Shown in pieces: positions 22,030-47,779 of a stretch of 64,000 nucleotides of DNA. The notes below the pieces were generated by a model. That model was not told where the DNA came from. It worked only from the letters and a program-made list of their open reading frames with translations, and searched no databases. A program made the position numbers and the translations under genes. How positions within the stretch are numbered: position 1 is the stretch's first letter; every line of letters begins with the position of its first letter. The stretch comes from Callorhinchus milii. Taxonomy: Eukaryota. The stretch is taken from contig NW_024704757.1 of assembly GCF_018977255.1 (NCBI RefSeq), positions 13,144,001 to 13,208,000 on the forward strand. Reading direction: 5' to 3'.

Positions 22030-25019
22030 AAGCAACACATTGGATGGGGACTCTTTGATATTTTATTCTTTGTGCCACGATTGATTGCAATGCACACACA
22101 TATTCTTTGGCAGCTTCTGCATTTTGCTAGATGGACATTTAAAGGTGCTGTGTTTAAGTCTACGGAGTTTGCATTTAATTTCAAGATCACCTTTTTTCCA
22201 AAAAGCTACACTTAGGTAACGATCCCTGATTTCGGAAGAGATTGCGAGAAAACAACACGCAAAAGATGAAAAGGGTGAAATGATTCCAACATATATATTT
22301 CTTACCTTTATAGAATATAATTTTGGAATAGTACAAAACCACAAAGACTGCAACGGGTGAAAAGACTGAAATAGTTTTGCAAGGTCGATTTTTGTGCAAT
22401 GTATTGTTGTACTCATTTAATTTATGAATGACAAGTTCATAACTTTGCATATTGTTACTTAATATTAGTGATGTATTTTAGGGCTTATTTCTTGTGAAGC
22501 CTCAACTAGGCTTCCTGTGAAGTGTTCTCTTTTGCTGAGACGATGTATTAATTCCGATCGTGGCTTTTATTTTTGCTAAAAACGTTTATTCTCAGAGAGA
22601 AGCAATCTGAGCTAATTTTTGGCTAAGATACGACCAATGTCATGCGAAAACGCCCTGGATCTCACCAATTGAATTTAGAGTGCATTCTCTAGACACAAGA
22701 CTCTTTACGTTACAAGCAGAATCATTCATCAAAGATCAATCAACTTGGAATTGTTCGCATGTTACAGAGGATTTATGATCTTGTCTTTAATAAAATTTGT
22801 TTTGAAATCAGAATGATAGTGTTTCTTGCGTATATCTCCAATTTGATTTGCAAGTTAAAACATCCAGAGGCTGTTTGAAACCACATTACTCTAATTTTAA
22901 ACTCAGCTCATGCTTACTGTTCTCAGACTATATTTGATACATTTACAGTTTCTCTTAGATTTAATAAGATCTCTTAGTCAATAAGACATTCATATTTCTA
23001 TGTTTAAATACTTCACGGAACAAAAGCATATTGATGTAGGTTCAGAACACTAAAACTGCCATCTGCTAATCATTTTTTTAAATTGATAGTTATATAAGTT
23101 GTATCCATTCAAACATTCAAATTTTCAAGACTGAGGTTTTTATTAGGTCAGGGTATCAAGGGATTTGGGGTAAAGGCGAGTATTTGGAGTTGAGATACAG
23201 ATCAGCCATGATCTAACAGAATGGCAGAACAGACTGGAGGGGCTGAATGGCCTACTCCTGTTCCTGTGTTCCTAACCAATTCCCGACCGGACTGATGGAA
23301 TGCTCACTTTGAATGCAAGGGAGGAAAGGATGGAAAATAATTAGGAAATTCGAGTACTTCTGTGAGATTGAAGTTTCAAGGTTCAATTCCTTTGGTAACT
23401 GTGCTGACAATTTAAAGAATGTGGCGAAATATCAAATACTACATTTGTTTATACTGCATTCATCTCAAAAAAAAGTTGAGGTGATCAGAATGGATGGTGT
23501 AAACAGCTTGCAGGAGAAGAATGACAAGATCTGGAATTACATGTGCAGTATTGTGCAAAATACTTGCGTTCTGTTATCCTAATGCATTATATACTAACAA
23601 TACACACAGCTCAGGCCAGGGCTGTGGATATGGACTGGTACCTGATGTTTTTAGTAATATTTATTGTGCAGATGTAACATTTATGTTGGCCCAGTCCCCT
23701 GAGACGTTGCAACGGATAGATAAAGGAGGTACAAGGCAGAGGGATTGAGGCAGAGAATTCCAAATGTCAGGGACATAGTACATAATATTGTATATCCACA
23801 CAAACGTATTCTCAATTTGCTTTTGTGAATCCTTTCACTTGCATCGTATAAATCCTGAAGAAACACACGAATTATACACTTGCCAACATGGCTCAAACTT
23901 GGGCAACTGCAAACTTAAAATAGCAACACGTGGGAAAAGATATCTATGGCCTAATTTTATGACAATAAAGGTCCCATTACATTTCCTGCACATTTAAGTC
24001 ATATATGCGTTATAATTATACAACTTCTCTGCACCTGGTAATGCATGTTTTATATGTATCTACCACTTTTGTTGCACTAATCAATAAAAGTGAAAGCTTT
24101 ATAACAGGAAAAGAGGGTGCGTAGACTAATATAATTTGTCAGCTCTAAAAACCTCATGATATTTACCACAAACCCATGATTCTTTAATGATGGTTACATG
24201 GTTATCGTGCTGAGAGAGATTTATCAGTACTGGACTGCAGAAGTGTGACTTGACTGTATTTTGATTTTACAAATGTAACCTAAACTTAAATTTATCGCTC
24301 CGAAAAGAAACAAAGCTGTGTGAATTTAAATGGGCTCGTGATCCATCCCTTTCTTTTTTGATCATAATACCCCCCTCTCCTCCCCCCCCCCCCCTCCCTC
24401 TTCCCCCTCCGCCCAATGTTGAGAGCTTTGCCTGGGATTTGTTTTCATATTTTAACCCATCAAGAAATCACTATTTTCAGCATACAAAACTTAAAAATAT
24501 AAGAACACATCATTTAGAGTGACACTGTATTACACTAACGGATTGCTTAAATATGTATTTGCCCTGATTTGCATGGATCAACACAAATGCCACTTTGAAA
24601 TGATTGATGCAATATTGCATGCGTGTGAGTACGTGTGGGGGGGGGGACTCCTGTGGGGCAAAGAATCCTGTAAAATGTCTTACATATGAAAAATAAACAG
24701 CTTCATGTTTTTTGAATGGCTTTCTTGCCTGCCTCGTTCTTTCTAATAAGTAATCATAATAACACCCAGCATTTATATTTTGTCAAGTGCTTTCCAACCT
24801 CAAAGCACTTGACAAAATGTTTGATTTGAAATGAAAGTGAATGCTGTTGTGTAGGCAAACATGGCAGCTGATTTGCACCAGCAACATCTCGTAAAATCAC
24901 AGGTTAGAAAGAGTCAATGCTTGGGGACCCTCGAGTGTGTGTTGAGGGGACTGCTAGAGTAGAACCAACTTTCGAAATAATCAGCTTGGATCATTTGGAA
25001 AAAAAATTATAGGAGATTA

Positions 25020-25840
25020 TTTGCAAAGGAGATTCACAAGGATGATCCCAGAACTGAGAGGTTATACCTATCAGGAAAGGCTGAATATGCTTGGAAGAGG
25101 AGAGTAAGGGGTGACCTGCTGACTTCCTACCAACCTGCCCGCTCCCTCCTTTCATCAGGCTCCGACCTGCTCCATGTCTCCCACCCGACCCGCCCTACCA
25201 TCGGTGTCCGGGCTTTCAGCCTCTCTGCCCCCACACTCTGGATCTCCATCCCACGGTCCCTTCCCCTCGTTTCCTCCCTTGCATCCTTCAAGGCCGGTCT
25301 CAAGACCCTTCTCTTCGATCGTGCCTTTGGTCTCCCTCCCACCTCTCTGCTTTTCCTCATCCCTACCGCACTTCTCCCCCATGCTCGGGCCCCGACACCT
25401 GACTGTTCAGCGCTTTGGGACATCCTCCCGACGTGAAAGGCACTCTATAAATGTCATTTTGTTGTTGTTGTCCTTAAAATTATGAAAGATTTTGATAGGG
25501 TAGACAGAGGGAAGATGTTTCCACTTGTGGGGGAGACCAAAACCAGGGGCCTTCCATATGAAATAGTCACAAATAGATCAAACAGGAAAGTTAGAAGAAA
25601 TTTCTTCCCAGAGTAGTGGGAATGTGGAACAAGCTACCACAAGGAGTTGTTGAGGCAAATAGCATAGATGTATTTAAGGGAAAGCTGGAGAGGTACATGG
25701 GGGAGAAAGGAATAGAAGGTTCTGTTTGAAGGCTTAGTTGAGGAAGGGCAGGAGGAGGCTCATGTGGAGTATAAACACCGGCATAGACCAGTTGGGCCGA
25801 ATGGCCTGTTTCTGTGCTGCATATTCCAATGTATTCTAAG
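25020..25840 (+). mobile_element. CR1 3' fragment with a nested L2 3' fragment (about 25120-25470)
   Basis: CR1 sequence breaks after AGGGGTGACCTG and resumes at TTAAAATTATGAAAG after an L2 piece ending (TTG)n. Confidence 0.8.
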
Positions 25841-26574
25841 ATCATAGGTCCGTGGTTTACTTTGAAGACTTGGAGGTCATGGTCGAGGCTGACACACAGC
25901 ATTGGGGGAGCACTTCATGGTCAGAAATGTCGTCCTTTGGACGCGGTCCCGTCTATCCTGTTCATTCCAGGTGGACATTAAATATCCAGTGGCACCATTC
26001 TCAAACAGAGAAGGGAGTTTTCTCCCATTGTACGGGGCTAACAATCCCCCAATAAAATTTGTCATTCACTCCATTGGATGTCTGTGGGTCATCGCTGTGT
26101 GCAAATTGGCTGCCGCGTTTCTCCCCCCAAAAAACACATAGCCACTGCACTTCACCATAAAATCCCGCGAAGCTCTTCAAGGAGTTGCGATGCGGTCAGG
26201 CGGCGTTGCAAAAGCGCGAGGATGGATCACAAAACCCACTCCCCGATCATAACTCCTTCCACGCGGCGTAGCGCCTTATCGCGCCCGGAAAGGACGCCTC
26301 TGACAAGCGCCCCCCCACCCCCACCCCCACGCGACTCACCGCGACGTGGAGGCGGCGAGCGAGATCAGGAACGTGCCGACCCCCCCTCTCACCGCCACTC
26401 CGGCCGCGATCAGGGTCGGCGCGAAGAAGGATCGCCGCGTCCCAGCCCACGCGCCGCGCGGGGGGCGCGGGGGGGGGGGGAGTCCGCGCAAGGCGCGGTG
26501 CATTCCGCGGAGCGCCACGAAGGGGGTCTCGAAGGGGGCGATCGGGGGCCGTACCCAATGCCAGGATTATCATG

Positions 26575-26750
26575 AATTAATAATAATAATAATAATCCTC
26601 GCATTTGACACAGCGCTTTTCACGTCGGGAGGACGTCCCGAAGCGCTTCACAGAACACACTGCAAAGCGAATTGACTGTATATATTTGCGGGCGAAACGC
26701 GGCGGCCGATTGCGCACAGCAACGTCCCGCAGACAGTCGTGGATTGAAAA
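26575..26750 (-). mobile_element. SINE 3' half upstream of CLCN7
   Basis: Reverse complement of the SINE tail and body. Confidence 0.8.
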
Positions 26751-26943
26751 TTCATTAAATATCATTACAATTCATTAAATAATATGTCAGCGGGTATTTA
26801 ATAATTAAATATTAAATTAAATTAAATATTTAATTACATATTAAATATTAAATAAAAGATTTGTTATTGTTTGGGGTTTGGGAGGGAGTATTATATTAAA
26901 ATATAATATAATTAAATATAAAGAGAGAGAGAGAGAGATAGAT

Positions 26944-26975
<32 letters not shown>

Positions 26976-27157
26976 TCAGACAGTTTGCCCCTCAGGGGTT
27001 ACAGGGTCAGCAATGAGGTTTCGAGTTGGGAGTGATTGCGAAATGCGCGTTTGTTGGGCGGACGGACGGACGGACGGACCTGACGGGTTGGGCTTCCCGT
27101 AGAGAGTGCGCGCGCGGGGGGGAGAGGGGGAGAGGTCACGGGATCAGAGGCGGGAAG

Positions 27158-40569
<13,412 letters not shown>

Positions 40570-40591
40570 GTGAGTTTGAAAGGTGTTGGTG

Positions 40592-40616
40592 NNNNNNNNN
40601 NNNNNNNNNNNNNNNN
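40592..40616. other. Assembly gap (25 N)
   Basis: N run directly after CLCN7 exon 16. Confidence 1.
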
Positions 40617-43600
40617 TAATTCATTTTCATTTATTAACTTGATTTCTATAATGACGAGAAAACTTTTCCCCCTTTGTGCTAGACATTTTGATTCAAAAAT
40701 GTTTGTATTCGAAATGTTGTAGTGACATCTCAATGCATAAATGTTCTCTGCTGAACTGATTAGCTGGACATAAGTATTCACTTGCCATCATCATGTAAGA
40801 CTGCAGGGAGAAGAAACAATTTGCAGGCAGTTCAGGCATCTTAAAGCCAAATGAACCGTACACCTAATGGGAAATCTAAAATGCACACAATCAATGATTC
40901 AGGAAAAGAAAAAGCCCTGGGTAAAAACAGCTTTGACGTGCTGTAACAACTACCTGTACTGCTGTTGAGCTTTTTTTTTTGTTTTATCTCCTACTTTTTC
41001 ACCATATTCAGTATAAATTGTAGCTTTCAAAACTTTGGGCATTTGGTCAGCAGCCTTTAATTTAGATCCAAGTTTTCAATGTACAAATGAGCTTTCCTTG
41101 CTTTGCGGTGCGCAAATCATCATATCATACCATGATATGTGGCTCTGTGTGCTTTTTTAAATGACAAAAAAAGACTGTAAAAATAGAACATGTAAAATAA
41201 TAAGGTGTTTTGTTGGTCACACTTTTTTTTCTATATATATGATAATTACTGTAATGGTGTAATATGTATGTTGTTGCATGTCACAGATAGGAAAGCAGAT
41301 CATTATGAACTGCCAGAACTACTGTGAAAAGTGTTCTTCTGTGTAGTGTCAATGAACATCAATTTCCGCTTTTTTCAGCTCCATTGATCTAACTGTTTAA
41401 AACCGTTTTTAAGACATCATTCCATGATTCTGTTTTATAATTTATTTTTTTCACAGAATTTCAAATTAATTTTGGCACCTGCGACAATCAGTGTAAGACT
41501 TTTAAAGAGTATTTGCACTTTAGATGTATAATAAATTATTAATATATTTACCTAGTAGCGTCCCTCTCAATCTGGGTATTGAAGCCTCCAGTCTTAAAAA
41601 CACGTCGGCTTGTTGCCTGTTGTTGAGAACCAGTGTTCACTGTGTATAGAACATGATCGCATTGTCCAAGAAGATGTCCGTTTGAATGAAGACCCAATAT
41701 GTTTCACGGCTGATTGATATCTCATTGACTAGCCTCTTTACTATCAGCCGGAGGGGGGGGGAAAAAAACATCAGTTACCTACATCAGTGCTGTGCTGACG
41801 ATTCCGATTGACATATGGTTATGTTTGGATCATTCGTGTTGACCATGCTGGAAACCGTCAACTTTTGCTTCCATTTGCCGAACCAATCAGTTGATTTTTC
41901 TGGATACCGATGCCGTTCATTTGATATATGAAATACGTGTACCCGTTTTGTTGCATAAAATGTTTTTAAAATAGAATTGAGTTTTGTAACAAAAAAAAAA
42001 CAAAACTTTTGGATTCCTGTCTAGACTTCCCTTTTTGTTCGGTTTTTTTTTTAGAGAAAAAAAAACACGACTAGGATACACATGTGTTTTACTGGCCACA
42101 GTACTGTAAGAAATCTTACAAAATCTATTAAAATTGACAAAAATCCTTTGTATGTGTCTAGTGTTTTATTTGGATATTGAATGCTGTTGCGTTACCCGTT
42201 TATCTGGCAAATCTTAATGTGAGTAGTGGCGTGATATGTAGACGATGCCACATCAGGGTTTAGTGGTTCACTGAAGAACAAACAGCAGCTGGAAACATTT
42301 GTAGGTCAAACTCACTGAGTAGTTAAACTGTTCAGTGAGTGTACATTCATATTTCACGAGAGGGAGGGAGGTTTGATTATTTGATTATATGAGTTTTGTA
42401 TTCTGAGATGTCAAATGAGTTGGAGAGGGAGGGGGATTTATAATCAAGAGGATATTACCTAATTCTCAGGTAAACGTGTGGCGGAAAGTCACTGTTCAGG
42501 GGAAAATCTCAAAAAGAAAATGAATCTGGACGGAGGTCGGAAGGTTTGCATTTCGTTGAGTGTTTTCAAGACGAGAAACTATCACGCGTCTCTTAACGCC
42601 AACACTAGGCAGCGGTATAGAGCAGCTTTTTACCATTTTCTGATCTCAGTTATTGTTTATTTAACATTAGTGTGTAATTTCATAATTTTTTTAAATTGGC
42701 TTCGAGGAAGCATTTTAACAGATCGTTAAGAAAGATCAAGTTCCCTAAAATTGCAAATCTGTTTACTACAAGTCACGATTGTTGTTTTGAAACTTATATA
42801 TGCATTTATATAGCGCCCTTCACGCGAGGTAGTGTCCCCGAGCGTTTCAAGAGTGGCATTGTGAAAACTGGGCATTGGCACAAATCAAACTGCAAAAAAA
42901 CTGCAGTATGTTCAATTTTACACGTTCTGAACCTAACCAGATTAGCTAGATTTCATTTTATAACAAAATGCGTTCTTCTTAGATAATTTACTCTTTTGCA
43001 ACTTTGGTTTTTTTTAATCAGTTTAATAAGTAAGCCAGTAAAATGGGTTATTTTTTTAAAAAAAAATGCTGTGGCGTAGGATTCATACGAGAGTTTGTTA
43101 TACAGTGACAATGGTCACAAGAAGATGAGATTGTTTTTCCAAAATAGCAGAAACCGTTCTGTTCTAAGATGACAGCTGGAAATGTTTATTTGGGAAGTGG
43201 TGTTAAATACTCGAAATACAGAAACAAAAGAAAACTGAGTTTGCCAACACAAATAATCCAGCATCTTTTAAAAATATGCAATGTTGGCACTGTCCCAAGA
43301 CCATGTTATATTTGACATAGAATATTGCCTTATTTGTACAAGGCCTTGATTGAAATCCTTGCTTTTGCAAAGGAAATAAAATGTAGAGTTTTAAAGCAAC
43401 AAAATTAGTTTACTTGTACAATAGAAGCTTCCTATTCAAGTCAGCAAATGGACTGAGGAATTTGGGACATATTAGGGAATTATAGGGACTACAAGTGAGG
43501 TCCAGTTTACTTGTCCCACGAATCGGAATCTTATTAGCAAGTCATGACTTTTAAAAAAAAATCTGAAACAAATAACTGCTGTACAGACGCAATGTGTTTG

Positions 43601-43861
43601 TTGCATTGTGCTCATATGCCCTGTGAATTAGTGTTTAAAGAATCTTATCAAACAACGTAACAGCTTGCATTTATATAAGGGCTTTAAACATACAATGTCT
43701 CAAACCATTTTACAGAGATGCTTTACAAGTCGGGTATAGTCGTGTATTTGCTCATTGCCCTGGGCATTTTTGCTGGAAGAAAACACAACAGTAATTTGCA
43801 CTTACATAGTGCCTTTGGAGGTATAATTTCATATTAAATGGTACCTGCACTTACAACTCGC

Positions 43862-44305
43862 TAAACAACAACAAGATTCCATTTATTGAGCGCCTTTCAC
43901 GTCGGGAGGACGTCCCAAGGCGCTGTACAGTTGGGTCAGGACCCGAGCATTGGGGGGGAAATGGTCAGGGTGAGGGGAGGGAGGGAGGGAGCGAGGAGGG
44001 GGTAGAGAGTCGAGAGGGGAGCTGAAGGTACGGTCAAAGAGAAAGGTCTTGAGACCGGCCTTGAAGGAGGAAAGGGAGGAAGCGGCGAAGGCACTGGGGA
44101 TGGAGTTCCAGAGCCTCGGGGCTGAGAGGCTGAAGGCCACCGATGGTAGGGCGGTTGGGGCGGGGGATGTGGAGCAGACCGGAGCCAGAGGAACGGAGGG
44201 TACGGGCAGGTAGGGAGGGGGATAGTAGGTCGGAGAGGTAGGAGGGAGCGAGGCCGTGAATGGCCTTGTAGGTGAGGGTGAGGATCTTGAATTCGAGTTA
44301 AAGGC
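43862..44305 (-). mobile_element. L2 3' fragment
   Basis: AFSLSAPRLWNSIP..SSFKAGLKTFLF plus L2 tail. Confidence 0.88.
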
Positions 44306-45002
44306 GGTTTCAAAAGTGTTCTCTTTCTCCCGCGTTCTTAAAGGAGACAACTTGTGCCTTTTTGGCAGTGTGACGCTTTGGCAGTCCTCCAGGACCTCAT
44401 GCAAAGGGATTTGCTGTTACAATCCTAAAATACCCCATATAATGTACTCTGCGGTTTTGATCGCACAGTGTGAAAAGTGCTGCGACTGCTGCTCCAGCTG
44501 ATTTACCATCCTTGGACTGACTGAGGTGGCTGTGTAGATAAGTTTCTGTTATATACTACTCGCAGCTACGCTTCCAACCAGTTTAATTTAATCGGCCTCT
44601 CTCTTGACAGGCACTTTTACTTGTCCTGGTGAAAGGCTTGATCTTCGCTTCTTAGGCATCTTTAATCTGTTAAGATTGAGGATGTGTGCTATTGAACGCG
44701 ATCACATATTTGCAGACGTAGCGTTCTGATTCCTGTTTAGAGGGAAGACTCAGTGGGAGGACTCCTGTGGGAGGATTCATGAGACACAGACAGACGTTTT
44801 GTCTTTATTAGTATCTTGTTGGGGGGCCTCAGTGGGAGGACTCCTGTTACTGCTTTGTTGCAGAATAACGTGCATACTTTTTGGGGGCCTAATGAAAGCA
44901 TTTTTTACTATATTTTTTAATATAGCTCATCAACGATAGGAGACCCCTGAAAAAAAAATAAGCCCGTGATGCTTCCCCATTCAAGACCTTTCTGATGAGG
45001 TA

Positions 45003-45190
45003 TAATAATAATAATAATAATAATAATCCTTGCATTTGATATAGCGCTTTTCACGTCGGGAGGACGTCCCAAAGCGCTTCACAGAACACACTGTAAAGTG
45101 AATTGACTGTATATTTGTGGGCGAACGCGGCGGCCAATTGCGCACAGCAATGTCCCACAAACAGTCGTAGATTGAAAATGACCAATTTTT
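45003..45190 (-). mobile_element. 5'-truncated SINE (left arm of inverted pair)
   Basis: Reverse complement of the SINE 3' half, with (TAA)n. Confidence 0.88.
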
Positions 45191-45281
45191 TTTTATTATT
45201 GTTTTTTGGTTTTTTTAGAAAATCATGTTTCTACATCAATCAGTTATTGAGTTCTTGGCGAACACACCCACAGACAGACAT

Positions 45282-45540
45282 TTCAATTCCAGGCAGAGGG
45301 CGAAACCTTGGGCAAGTTTCCTTACTCCACACAGAGCCTAATAATAATCCCTCCAAAACAATAATTAAATTGGTCATTTTCAATCTACGACTGTTTGTGG
45401 GACATTGCTGTGCGCAATTGGCTGCCGCGTTCGCCCACAAATATACAGTCAATTCACTTTACAGTGTGTTCTGTGAAGCGCTTTGGGACGTCCTCCCGAC
45501 GTGAAAAGCGCTATATCAAATGCAAGGATTATTATTATTA
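45282..45540 (+). mobile_element. 5'-truncated SINE (right arm of inverted pair)
   Basis: Starts at the B-box TTCAATTCCAGG and runs to (TTA)n. Confidence 0.88.
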
Positions 45541-47123
45541 CGTCCTTGTTAGTATAGAGGACAGATAGAAGAAGATAATGTCAAATAATGTCAAATGAGA
45601 AAAACTGGAAAAAAAATGCCCACATTAGTGAGCCAACTATCTTAATGTGGTTGCCTTAACAACAAATTACATTTGTACAGTGCCTTTCACATCGGGAGGA
45701 CGTCCCAAACCACTGGACAGTCAGAGTTTTGGACCCGAACTGGGGTTCGGGATCAGGAAGGGTGGAGGGCAGGGAGGTTAAATTTTTTTTTACTTAAGAT
45801 GAGTTTCCCCTAATACATTTTGTAACGTAGAACAAAAAGTTGTGATTTGTCTTGTTTTTGGAGGAGGGGCATAAAATCACACTGGTGGAGTGGAGAAAAG
45901 GGAACCTAACTACTCTGCAGAGGTTTCACATCAGACTCCTGGTACTCCTTGGTTTTGGGTGCCAAAAATTTGAACACGTTCAGCAATCGTTTATCATGGA
46001 TTTTTGATGAAGACAAATTGCCAAAGAAATAGAGAAGGGTCGGCTTCCGTTTTACATTTAAATATCTCCCAACAAAATCAAAACGTTTCAGTTTAGTGTT
46101 AGGGGAGAATAACTCAGACAGAATTCTCGCTGCTGATCACAATCTGGTGACTCTGGAAAGGGTTTGCGTGCTTTTGTGAATGTTGGGTGTAGACAAGATT
46201 GGTTTTAGCTTTGATGTCTCAAATAGCCTGAAGGGCCTCTTAAAACTCACTGTCTGCAGCGGCACATGAAGAATATTTGCCTATGGGAGGGAGTGGGAGT
46301 CAGACACTGTCCACAAGATCTACACCAAACATAAAAGAAAATTAAGCAAAGTTACTTTCACAATTGCTGGTGTCCAATTTGCTTTGGTCGCTGCTCCCAA
46401 CTTTATTTAGAATTACCGGAACGGTGACTGGATGGGTATGTTTTACCGCGTGTTTCATGTCAGTATATTGCTTGCCTTTCGGTTTACAATTTTGTGTCTG
46501 TTTTGTTTCTGTGCTGGTCTTATATGAGTTTCAAATTGAGGCAATGCCTCCGGTGTAAAGAGAAGAAAAGATTGTTCCTGTAACTCAGGGATATTCGCAA
46601 ATGTAATTAAAGTAAATATTTGTATGTGTGTGTGCGTGGGTGGGGGTGGGGGGGGGGGGGGGGGGGTGGGAGCAGATGGGCGGACATTGTTTCAAGGAGG
46701 TACCATTGCAGAATAATGAGTCATCATTGGAGAAGGGAGTTTCTCCTGGTGTCTTGACCAACACCCACCCCCATTGAAATTGGCCAAGAAGCACACAGTC
46801 ACTGCACTTTCACAGTACATCCTGCGAAGCACTTTTGAAAGGCGCTACGCCGAACGCAAGTATTGTTCTTATTCTTGCAACACACAGAAAGAAGTAACGT
46901 GCAACCTGCGGAAATAGAAAAAAAAAACCGTCACAAGAGCAACCGACCGGTCAGTCGGCGGCGAAATTACTTCTCACCCGAATCCGTTGCTTCGTCAACG
47001 GCACGTGGATAAAACTGAGAAACCTCACGGGTTTTCCTTGTAAATTCCAGCCTTTTTTTGGCCACTTAAAGAGGGTGGGGGGGGGGTGCGTGGGGGTGCG
47101 GTGGGGGTGGGGGGCAAAGTCGT

Positions 47124-47454
47124 GGAGTCCTGTAGCTCAGTGGTTAGAGCACTCGCTTTGCAAGTGAGAGACCTGAGTTCAATTCCAGGCAGAGGGCGAA
47201 ACCTTGGGCAAGTTTCCTTACTCCACACAGAGCCTAATAATGATCCCTCCAACACCAAAAACAATAATAAATTGGTCATTTTCAATCCATGACTGTTTGT
47301 GGGACATTGCTGTGCGCAATTGGCTGCCGCGTTCGCCCACAAATATACAGTCAATTCACTTACAGTGTGTTCTGTGAAGCGCTTTGGGACGTCCTCCCGA
47401 CGTGAAAAGCGCTATATCAAATGCAAGGATTATTATTATTATTATTATTATTAT
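47124..47454 (+). mobile_element. Full-length tRNA-derived SINE (DeuSINE-like body, L2-like tail, (TTA)n end)
   Basis: A-box TAGCTCAGTGG, TGC anticodon-like arm, B-box GTTCAATTCC, body GGGACATTGCTGTGCGCAATTGGCTGCC, tail GCGCTTTGGGACGTCCTCCCGACGTGAAAAGCGCT shared with L2 3' ends in this window. Confidence 0.88.
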
Positions 47455-47779
47455 AAAGGGAAAACTTAATAATGCACAATATTTGCCAACGTGTGATTTA
47501 AATTGCTCCGTAATCCACAATCAGGTCACTTGCACGTGATGGCACCAGGATCCTAACAACAACAACAACAACAACTACTCGCCTCCCTTTACCCTTTCTC
47601 TCTCTCTCTCTCTCTCTCTCTCCCTCCAAAAAAAAACTTCACCAGAGATCTCAAAGAACATCCTCTGATTTATTGCACATCGCCCACTGAGTGCAGTGCG
47701 AGAGCCGAACTCCTGTTTTTAAACCCAACTCCTTATTAAGTCAATAATAACTTCGTTATTCAGTTGTCATAATTAATAT

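Larger units (their letters stand above)
44556..45558 (-). mobile_element. Non-autonomous Helitron-like element, copy 2, interrupted by two SINEs
   Basis: Minus strand starts TCTATACTAACAAGGACG; collinear with copy 1 (CCTCATC-GAAAGGTCTTG, CGTTGATGAGCTA, TCCTCCCACAGGAGTCCTCCCA, GTTCAATAGCACA); degenerate 3' end TGGTTGGAAGCGTAGCTGC. Confidence 0.62.

Noticed and set aside
27135-27144. Bona fide CLEAR/TFEB site
   Set aside because: The core is CACGGG, not CACGTG; kept only as a weak note.
41808-41895. TTGACATATGGT as CLCN7 exon 17 (WTYG)
   Set aside because: The surrounding translation does not match ClC-7 and hits a stop.
47124-47200. tRNA-Ala(TGC)-like gene (also about 62215 and 30365)
   Set aside because: SINE head: poor acceptor and T stems, and fused to the SINE body and tail.
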